From the IMG/VR virus record IMGVR_UViG_3300022690_002678: 64,000 nt of DNA; one strand, 5' to 3'. Each line of letters begins with the position of its first letter. The stretch's first letter is position 1. The stretch comes from a virus. Under the pieces are notes generated by a model. It saw only the letters and a program-made list of their open reading frames with translations, did no database searches and was not told the origin of the DNA. This document shows positions 41,444 through 49,520 of the stretch, in pieces. The translations under genes were made by a program, and so were the position numbers.

Positions 41444-42243
41444 AGTCAACATACATTTGAAATCCAACGTTTAGATGCGAGTCACAATGCATATGAAAAT
41501 CCAATAGCAAATAACGAGTCATTTAATTTGCGAAACCCATCGTATAGCTACGAGTCAGAATACTCTTAGAAATCCATATAGGGCAAGCGAGTCATCTCTC
41601 ATATGAAACCCACGAATCTCTTACGAGTTAGACAATTCCTGAAAACCATCGTTAGGGTACGAGCCACCTTGAATATAAAATCCAAAACTATGTTGCGAGT
41701 CAGGGGGGATATGAAAACCAAAAAATGGTTACGAGTTAAAAAACGATTGAAATCCAAGTAAACCATACGAGTCATTCAAATCTTGAAACACAATCTGTCA
41801 ATACGAGTCAGGGGGCATTTGAAAACCAAAAAAGGGAAACGAGTCATCCACTTCATGAAAACCATAAATGCGTTACGAGTTACTTTGTAGCTGAAACCCA
41901 TACATGCAGTACGAGTCACCTCATAGATGCAAACCCAGATAAATCTTACGAGCCATCAACCGAATGAAAACCATGTCTCATTTGCGAGCCAATAATACCT
42001 TCAAACTCCTAGAATAAATGCGAGTCAAATATGAAAAGGAACCCATTTTAGAATTACGAGTCATTCCTCACATGAAAACCAAATTAAAATAACGAGTCAA
42101 GGCGCGAGTGAAACCCATGTATCACATACGAGTCACCAACCGAATGAAAACCATGTAACACATACGAGTCATTCAACACTTGAAATCCAACAAAAGAAGA
42201 CGAGTCAAATCCCCATTGAAGACCAATCAATACAGACGAGGTT
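41444..42243 (+). repeat. TIGR array, segment 1 (22 units)
   Basis: Period ~36 nt: edge repeat (T/A)(A/G)CGAGTCA + 9-nt spacer A + loop repeat TGAAA(A/T/C)CCA + 9-nt spacer B; three units have a 10-nt loop. Confidence 0.92.
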
Positions 42244-42265
42244 AATGGTTCATGAGTAAATTTAA

Positions 42266-42356
42266 TGCCGAGGGTGGGTTTCGAACCCACGACCTCCAGA
42301 TTATGAGTTTTGCCTTTTGGAGATCTGGCACTCTAACCAGGCTGAGCTACCTCGGC
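42266..42356 (-). tRNA. tRNA-Met(CAT), elongator type, with ~16-nt non-canonical intron (about 42308-42323)
   Basis: GCCGAGG/CCTCGGC+A; CCAGA-[intron]-CTCATAA-TCTGG; T arm GTGGG-TTCGAAA-CCCAC. Confidence 0.9.
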
Positions 42357-42395
42357 ACAATATATGCCATGAAATTTGGAAAAATAAATGCTACG

Positions 42396-42799
42396 TATGA
42401 GTCAATTCGTGTTTGAAACCCAAGAGTGTACATACGAGTCAAACTACAATCTGAAACCAAATCGAGGAATACGAGTCCGTTTAAAGATGAAAACCATATA
42501 ATGCATACGAGATATTTTCCATTTGAAACCAAAGAAAACAATTCGAGTCATCTAGAAAATGGAACCAATCTAAAAAATACGAGACATCATCAATGTGAAA
42601 ACCATGGCATACATTCGAGCTATAGTGATCTATGAAATCCAAACATAACTTGCGAGTCTAAAATAGAATGTAACCCAGCATAACATGACGAGTCAAATAC
42701 CCTTTGAAGCCCAGAAAATTGAGACGAGTTAGGATACCATTGAAACCTAAGAGAAACATACGAGTCCAAATCGGATGTGAAACCCATACCAATTATGCG
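42396..42799 (+). repeat. TIGR array, segment 2 (11 units, more degenerate repeats)
   Basis: Same edge/loop alternation with 9-10-nt spacers; ends in TGCG. Confidence 0.9.
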
Positions 42800-42823
42800 A
42801 CTCGTATCTTTTCTTTTTCTTTT
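42759..42823 (+). terminator. Stem (TACGAGTC/GACTCGTA) plus T-rich tract closing the array
   Basis: 42759-42766 is the reverse complement of 42799-42806; followed by TCTTTTCTTTTTCTTTT. Confidence 0.6.
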
Positions 42824-42973
42824 AAAAACATTTAATGTGCAATCATCGTTACTTGAAGATCTCTTAAGTAATAGTAGGTACAGTATATACTGAATGCCAA
42901 AAACTAGAATGTTTGATTTTGTTGATTCACTTATCAGTAATTCTTTAATAGAGATTCAAGGAGTTTCTCTCTA

Positions 42974-43933
42974 ATGACAATGCAAAAACTATTAGGAATT
43001 TCACTTGCTATAGTGATGCTTTTAGGCTCTGTCCCTTTGGGATTCTCAGAACCGCTAAGAGTTCAGCTAGAGCAAGGAATAGAAACTAACCAAATACAAT
43101 GTGACAATCCAAACCATGTGCTTGTGCAACGCACCAATGGAAATATGGCATGTGTAACTGAAAAGATGTCTGAAAAATTAGGATGGGAAATAATCAAAAC
43201 AGATTTCAAATTTGTTTCAACGGATGAAAACAAACCTGAACTAACTTTTGTTGATGTTTTCATAAAATCAGATGTTATAGAGGCAGATATTCCGTTAGGA
43301 TTGTATTCAAAATCAATGGAAGGCAAAGTAATTCGAGAGCCAATACAAACTCCATTTAGTGTACATTACATCATTCAAGATTCTGCAAGTTCAGACCCAA
43401 CAATGTCTACTAACATGTTTTCTCAAATGACTGCTTCAATGACTGAGATACAAATACAACAAAGTGATCCACTAGAAGAAATAACTTTACAAAATGAAAA
43501 ATATCTGAAATATTATCCTGACTATGTTCCAGATGGAATGGAGTTAAAGTTTGTGGCTATGCTTGAGAATTCTGTAAGACTAATTTATGCACCAATACTA
43601 TTAGTGGTTGATCCTTATGTAGATACTGAAAATGTGATCTTTGATAGGGGTGGTATAATAATTAGCATAACTGACAATACCGATCGTTACACTCCTGAAG
43701 AAGCAAAAGCTGGATTCTATAAATTACTCGACTGGGCAACCCCTGAAGGTAAAGAACCAATCCCACGAAGTATGATAGAGGAGAATGACACGCTAATTTT
43801 GGTACAGTATGGTGAACGTACTCCAGCTATGTTAATTTCTGGACAAATCGCAATTGGTGGAATGAGTGTTAGTTTTCCTTCAAGTGAAGTATACAAAATG
43901 GTAGAAAACAAAATAGGAATAGGTTTACCATGA
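42974..43933 (+). CDS. Secreted thaumarchaeal-type protein
   Basis: Signal peptide; PLRVQLEQGI...IQC...VLVQRTNG..ACV...KLGW domain. Confidence 0.7.
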   Translation: MTMQKLLGISLAIVMLLGSVPLGFSEPLRVQLEQGIETNQIQCDNPNHVLVQRTNGNMACVTEKMSEKLGWEIIKTDFKFVSTDENKPELTFVDVFIKSDVIEADIPLGLYSKSMEGKVIREPIQTPFSVHYIIQDSASSDPTMSTNMFSQMTASMTEIQIQQSDPLEEITLQNEKYLKYYPDYVPDGMELKFVAMLENSVRLIYAPILLVVDPYVDTENVIFDRGGIIISITDNTDRYTPEEAKAGFYKLLDWATPEGKEPIPRSMIEENDTLILVQYGERTPAMLISGQIAIGGMSVSFPSSEVYKMVENKIGIGLP

Positions 43934-46900
43934 AACCTCTTTTCTTTTTATTTTTAATTTTAGCTATCTCAGTTTCTATGATAACTGTAACTTTACAAGA
44001 TAGTTATGGTCTAAGCAGTGGAAAAAATTATGGTATTTCAGATCAGCAAGTTGGTTTAAACAATAAAGTTTTGGGAATACAAACAGAAATTGAAACATCT
44101 GATATTTTTATGAATGATACAGAATGTGATCTCAATACTATTGCAGTTGCAACCCAATGGATTAGATTTGATGGGTATACTTGGATAGAATCTGGAATTA
44201 CAGCAGGCAAACTTACAACTACTACTGGATGCCAATATAATGTGGTTCATTATGCTGGCATATCGCAGTTAGCGGATATTAACGATCCTACCACTAAATA
44301 TTATAACGATTACAAAGCGGATACTGGCGTAGTTGGTGACAAAATCTTTTTGGAAATTCAGGATACTGATGATGATAATAGATGGCAAGTCAAAATTGGT
44401 GAGGGTTTTGCAAAATACGGTTTTACACCTAATCGAAATGAACAGACAGAACAATGGGTTCGAATAAATTATGGTATAGAGAGTAGAATTGAACCACAAG
44501 AAGACTATTCAAACATTCCAAACACTCAATTTACAAATCTGAAATATCACGTTAATGGTGATTGGACAACTTCGTCATACTTTCCAGCATCCGCAAACCA
44601 TGAGGACTATTTGTTAAACAAATGTAATTCAGAACAATGGGTTGCAGGAAATGTTCGCTCTATTGACTGTGATAGAAGTACAGATACCAACAGTTCTCCT
44701 ACTATTAGTGATATACAGATAGACGACACAACTGATCCATATGTAAAACAAGTCACTGTAACTGCAACTGATGTAGACTATGATTATCTCACTTTTTACA
44801 TTGAGCAACAGCCATCAAAAGGTGATATGGTTATGAATGGTAATATTATTGATCAGCCCTATGAGATGGAGGATTTAAACGCAGATGATCACGACAATCT
44901 CACTTTGATCTTTGATTATGAATCAAATGCACAAGAAACTGATAACGTTGTAATTTATGTAACTGATCAAAGAACTGGCCATGCAGTTTCTGAAACTATC
45001 ACATTATTTGAGAATGTAGTACAAGAAAATGTCGCATTCACATGGGAATTCGATGATGCTGTTTCAAACAAAATCATTGTTACATTTGATCAACCTATGT
45101 TTTTAGATGAAACAGCATGGGACTGGAGATTATATGCTGCAACAACATCAGGTGCATCTTTAACTGAATACTCAATTACATCTGCATCTGGTTATTCTAT
45201 AGCATCTCAATTTTACAATCTTTATTATGAATCTTCATTTCCTAGTGAGCCAGTCGAAATTAAACTAGAATATGTCGGTGGAAATCTTACGGACGATGAG
45301 GATGAATATGTATTGGAAGCTGGAACTTCACATACAAAATATTATTCTTACAGTGGAGGAGGAGGCACTGGAAGTACACTGACAGAGTTTACTGATGATT
45401 TTGAAGATGACGACCTTCCAAACTGGAGTATGTCGGGAGATAAGGATTGGTTTAAGGGTGGAATAAATGTTTCAGGATCTGGCAAAGTATCTAGCACTCA
45501 AATGTCATCTAATGATTGTAATACTGTCTGTATTGTCACAATGAATGATGAGATTGATTTAACTCAAACAACAAATCAGCAACTAGAATTCTATGTATTC
45601 GGATTTTTACTAGACTCTGATGATTATCTAGATGTAGAATATTCCACTAATGGAGGTTCCACTTGGAATAATTTGTACACGATTGATACTACTTCAAATA
45701 AATGGATTAAAAAAACAATAGACCTTAGTTCCTATTCATCTAGTGATAGTTTTAAGATTAGATTTTTGGCATATTCTAATGATGGAATTGAGTATATCAG
45801 CATTGACGAACTATCAATTACTGGAACTGAAATAGATTCAACTGCTCCTGTGATTAGCTTTACATCACCTTTTGATGGTCAAATATTTGACACCGATTCA
45901 GTTACGGTTACTGGTGTTGTCACGGATTCAGAATCTACAATTACTGATGTTACAATCCAGTTAAATTCTGATCCCAAAATAACAATTACAGAGAACTTTA
46001 GTCATTCATTTACAGGCTTGAGTGATGGTGTTTATCTTGTAACTATAAGTGCGACAAATGATCAAACTTTACAATCTACTGGATACATTGCATTTGAAGT
46101 AAACCTTCCAGATACTACACCACCAACCTTTGATGTATCAGGTAAGGCAGCTAACTTTGATACCAATCTAGAGTTTGGAGCAACTTACAATCTTGGTATA
46201 ATACAAAACATTGTAGATGCACAATCAACTACCTCATCAATCACTGACTCTTCTTCCATTAATGATACGACACCTGCAATAGGAGAATACACTGTATATT
46301 ATATCGTCACTGAAACTGGTGGAAGTCTGTTATCCACTACTATCATTGAAACTGTAACTGTATCAGATAATACAGCACCAATCATTACCCTAACTGGAGA
46401 TAATCCACAGACAATAGAACTGGGTAATGATTACACTGAACTCGGAGCTACTACTGATGACGGCTCTCAAGTAACAATTGATGATTCGGCATTTGTTAAT
46501 GCATTAGGATCTTACTTTATTCTATATGATTCTGTAGATGCTGCTGGAAATAAAGCCGAGACCGCAACTAGAACCGTAAATGTTGTTGCAGATGTAACTG
46601 CACCTGTAATCACATTCCTAGGTATTGATACAGTACAAGTAATCCAAAACGATCCATACGTTGATGCAGGAGCTACCTGTACTGATGAATCTGATGGCGA
46701 TATCCCAGTTACAGTTGGAGGACTTCCAATTGATACTGCAATTGTAGGAACATACCAAGTAACTTATGATTGTGCAGACACTGCTGAAAATGCAGCAGAC
46801 CAACTAACTAGGACTGTTATAGTAACTGACTTAATTGAACCACCTGGCAAAATTCCATACATTAATGTATCTAAAGATAGTAATTCGATAACAATAGAGT

Positions 46901-47112
46901 GGGGTGAAGCAGAAGGTTTCCCAACTCATTACTACATAAAGGGTTCGGGTTCTTCCCTTGATCCAGTGAGTATTGAGGCTGATAAGGATAGAACTCATAC
47001 ATTTGTTGGATCGTTTAAAAGGTTAATGATTACAGTGATTGCTGTTAATGATGGAGGGGATGGCCCTACTAAAGTCAAGTTTATTCGCGGCAATTATGGC
47101 ATTTCGCCTTAG
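43930..47112 (+). CDS. Large secreted multidomain protein (Ig-like DUF5011-type repeats, jelly-roll domain)
   Basis: Signal peptide; DNTAPIITLTGDNPQTIELG and DVTAPVITFLG...YVDAGATCTD repeats. Confidence 0.75.
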   Translation: MKPLFFLFLILAISVSMITVTLQDSYGLSSGKNYGISDQQVGLNNKVLGIQTEIETSDIFMNDTECDLNTIAVATQWIRFDGYTWIESGITAGKLTTTTGCQYNVVHYAGISQLADINDPTTKYYNDYKADTGVVGDKIFLEIQDTDDDNRWQVKIGEGFAKYGFTPNRNEQTEQWVRINYGIESRIEPQEDYSNIPNTQFTNLKYHVNGDWTTSSYFPASANHEDYLLNKCNSEQWVAGNVRSIDCDRSTDTNSSPTISDIQIDDTTDPYVKQVTVTATDVDYDYLTFYIEQQPSKGDMVMNGNIIDQPYEMEDLNADDHDNLTLIFDYESNAQETDNVVIYVTDQRTGHAVSETITLFENVVQENVAFTWEFDDAVSNKIIVTFDQPMFLDETAWDWRLYAATTSGASLTEYSITSASGYSIASQFYNLYYESSFPSEPVEIKLEYVGGNLTDDEDEYVLEAGTSHTKYYSYSGGGGTGSTLTEFTDDFEDDDLPNWSMSGDKDWFKGGINVSGSGKVSSTQMSSNDCNTVCIVTMNDEIDLTQTTNQQLEFYVFGFLLDSDDYLDVEYSTNGGSTWNNLYTIDTTSNKWIKKTIDLSSYSSSDSFKIRFLAYSNDGIEYISIDELSITGTEIDSTAPVISFTSPFDGQIFDTDSVTVTGVVTDSESTITDVTIQLNSDPKITITENFSHSFTGLSDGVYLVTISATNDQTLQSTGYIAFEVNLPDTTPPTFDVSGKAANFDTNLEFGATYNLGIIQNIVDAQSTTSSITDSSSINDTTPAIGEYTVYYIVTETGGSLLSTTIIETVTVSDNTAPIITLTGDNPQTIELGNDYTELGATTDDGSQVTIDDSAFVNALGSYFILYDSVDAAGNKAETATRTVNVVADVTAPVITFLGIDTVQVIQNDPYVDAGATCTDESDGDIPVTVGGLPIDTAIVGTYQVTYDCADTAENAADQLTRTVIVTDLIEPPGKIPYINVSKDSNSITIEWGEAEGFPTHYYIKGSGSSLDPVSIEADKDRTHTFVGSFKRLMITVIAVNDGGDGPTKVKFIRGNYGISP

Positions 47113-47170
47113 ATAGATAACTAACATAATTGACATATTCTTTAACTAACATTCAATATTGTATGGTATA

Positions 47171-47340
47171 GTGATGTCCCAATCCCCAACTCTCTTTATC
47201 CTAGCATTACATTTCATAAAGGGGACATCACGTTTCATCAATACTGTATCCAATCTTTAATAATATAGCATCCCAAAGAATTTGTGTTGTCCCCATCTGA
47301 TATACATAACAGTTTGGCTGATTCGACATCGGGACATCAC
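47171..47340. repeat. Two adjacent inverted-repeat pairs GTGATGTCCC...GGGACATCAC
   Basis: 47171-47180/47222-47231 and 47284-47293 (1 mismatch)/47331-47340. Confidence 0.7.
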
Positions 47341-47390
47341 ATTTTATAATATATCAAAATACCTTTAACAAGTTGTAAAGAAATCAAACA

Positions 47391-48392
47391 TTGAATAAAC
47401 TGCTAATTACAATTCCAGTTGTTATAGTAGTTATAGTTGGAATTATAATTCTTATGCTATCAGTTGATGTTATCCCAACAGGCTCTACTCATTTTATAAT
47501 ATTATCAACTGAATACGTGAATCTTGCTCCAGGATCTGGCAATGACAACCGTGATACTCTGGCATATCAGATGGTAAGCCATCTAATTGAGAATAACGAG
47601 ACCCATGAAATAACAGATGTTACGGCAATTAGATACGGCGATGATCCTAAAGCGTCTGTTCCTGGCCCAATAATTAAGATTAACCAGTACGATACGGTAT
47701 CACTAACCGTACAAAACGGACTCGATGATGGCTGTGTCTCAGTTCATACCCATGGGTTATCATATGACATTAACAGCGATGGAACCCTCAAAGAGATTAA
47801 CGGAGTTAGTGATCAATGTGCAACAGTTGACAAACCATACTCTTACACATACTATGCAGGAGATGACACAGTAGGATCATGGCCATACCATGATCACACA
47901 TACTGCAATTCAATTCTGCAAAGCGTAACCATATCATCGTGTGATGACTTTAGGGGAGTAACGGGAGCTGAAGAGATTGGACTGTATGGATTGTTTATCG
48001 TAGAAGGTGCTGATGCTGATAATATTATGATGGATTATATATTATACATGGATGGTAATGCAGAATTCCACGGAACCTCAATTAATAACACTTCACAACT
48101 ACAAACTCCTCTTGGTATTAATCCTACTTTGGAAGCTAAAGAAGGAGATAAGGTAAGATTTTCAATTGTTGGTGTTGGCTCTGAATTTCATACTTTTCAT
48201 TTACATGCTAACAAATGGCATTCCCAAGGAACTCTTAATGTTATAGATACAAAGACTATTGGCCCAATGGAAAGACATTCCTTTACAGTTACGGCAGGAG
48301 GATTTGAAAGTGGCAAAGGTGACTGGCAATATCATTGCCATGTATTTTCGCATCTTAGTCAGGGTATGGCTGGGATATTCAGAGTAATTTAA
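47391..48392 (+). CDS. Two-domain multicopper oxidase (small-laccase type B pattern), membrane anchored
   Basis: SVHTHG, WPYHDH (no Cys in domain 1), HTFHLH, WQYHCHVFSHLSQGM. Confidence 0.9.
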   Translation: MNKLLITIPVVIVVIVGIIILMLSVDVIPTGSTHFIILSTEYVNLAPGSGNDNRDTLAYQMVSHLIENNETHEITDVTAIRYGDDPKASVPGPIIKINQYDTVSLTVQNGLDDGCVSVHTHGLSYDINSDGTLKEINGVSDQCATVDKPYSYTYYAGDDTVGSWPYHDHTYCNSILQSVTISSCDDFRGVTGAEEIGLYGLFIVEGADADNIMMDYILYMDGNAEFHGTSINNTSQLQTPLGINPTLEAKEGDKVRFSIVGVGSEFHTFHLHANKWHSQGTLNVIDTKTIGPMERHSFTVTAGGFESGKGDWQYHCHVFSHLSQGMAGIFRVI

Positions 48393-48417
48393 AATCTATC
48401 ATTTCAAAATAACATAG

Positions 48418-48615
48418 TTGAAGAAACAACCAATAATATTAGATCTTACAGAAAAATTTTGGTCTAACATAAAATTAGTTGATTCACCAAAGAATGTAAA
48501 AGGTCAATGTTGGATATGGACTGGAAAATTAGATAAAAATGGATATGGTAAAGGTCTCACTTCAACTATAGATTCAGGGATAGATACAGTAAATACTATA
48601 TCCAGTCTTAATTAA
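48418..48615 (+). pseudogene. Truncated HNH homing endonuclease
   Basis: EKFWS...CWIWTG...NGYG then unrelated sequence; HNH core missing. Confidence 0.7.
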
Positions 48616-48635
48616 TAATTTAAGATCCATAAAGG

Positions 48636-48845
48636 ATAGTTCGTTGTTTAGGAAATAGATTTGGTACTGGCTGTTACAGAATAACTAGAAATCCTCAGAA
48701 CCGTACAAATTGGAGTAAATATCAATTATGTCATGACTGTGCAAAGATTCTGCATGCAGAGGATTATGTGGGAGTTAAAAATCATGGGACTAGGAGATAT
48801 GCAAATGATGGAATAGGTAGATCTGTAAGGTATGGTGAATACTGA
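48636..48845 (+). CDS. Small Cys/His-rich protein, probable ATA start (paralog of 340-558)
   Basis: (M)VRCLGNRFGTGCY...NWSKYQLCHDCAKILH...KNHGTR. Confidence 0.6.
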   Translation: MVRCLGNRFGTGCYRITRNPQNRTNWSKYQLCHDCAKILHAEDYVGVKNHGTRRYANDGIGRSVRYGEY

Positions 48846-48994
48846 AATATTCACTAAAATAGATTATTCAATTTTAAAACATAAAAGATTAAGAACCATT
48901 TTCAGGCTCTTAATCATAATTACCATCGGGTAACCATTTACCGATTAGATTACTAAATCCTTCTAAATAAAAGTATCTTAATGTACCAAAATAA

Positions 48995-49077
48995 TGCGTA
49001 GAGTGGGATTCGAACCCACGAAACCCTGAGGTAACTATTTGGTAAATGGTCACTTTTGACCACTCGGTAATCCACGC
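48995..49077 (-). tRNA. Type II tRNA with Leu-like body and ACC (Gly) anticodon
   Basis: Acceptor GCGTGGA/TCTACGC, A73; D loop GAGTGGTCAAA; loop TTACCAA (49041-49043); long variable arm; T arm GTGGG-TTCGAAT-CCCAC; mismatches in D and anticodon stems. Confidence 0.75.
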
Positions 49078-49142
49078 ATAATTTTGTGATATTTGTGAAA
49101 TATAAATTAAATATAAAAAAATGGTTTTAGTAACAAAAATTA

Positions 49143-49415
49143 TTACTTTTCGAATCCTTCACGGTGAATTTTATAATATACTATTTTGCTGACAGGAATC
49201 CAGATTGTTTCATCTCCTGCATTAACTATGATTTCACCATTATCTTCATCAAAATTTACATTATGCTTGTGCAGTTCGATTTTTTCTCCATTATCCAGAC
49301 AAATCATTAGCTCACCGTTATCATCCAGGTGTTTGGATATTTTTTTGATTTCTTTGTTGTTACTATTTTCGCTCATATCCATACTCATTAATGAATAGTT
49401 TAAGAGATAATTCAT
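49143..49415 (-). CDS. Small beta protein (possible Sm-like fold); start probably 49382
   Basis: GELMICLDNGEKIELHKHNV...WIPVSKIVYY. Confidence 0.6.
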   Translation of the reverse strand: MNYLLNYSLMSMDMSENSNNKEIKKISKHLDDNGELMICLDNGEKIELHKHNVNFDEDNGEIIVNAGDETIWIPVSKIVYYKIHREGFEK

Positions 49416-49520
49416 AAAGAATATCTCAAAGTAAATAGATGATCTATTTTAATTGAGATATGGCATATTGTGAATACTGTATCCAGTTTTAAAAGAAATG
49501 TTTATTTTTCTTAATTATTC

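Noticed and set aside
42266-42356. tRNA-Met as provirus attL/attR
   Set aside because: Complete gene flanked by the same array on both sides; no partial duplicate seen in the window.
42084-42635. ORFs 42084-42290, 42347-42541 and 42426-42635
   Set aside because: By-products of the 36-nt period and the tRNA; translations just echo the repeats.
41444-42799. CRISPR array
   Set aside because: Two alternating 9-nt repeats with 9-nt spacers and no cas genes; does not fit CRISPR geometry, fits TIGR.
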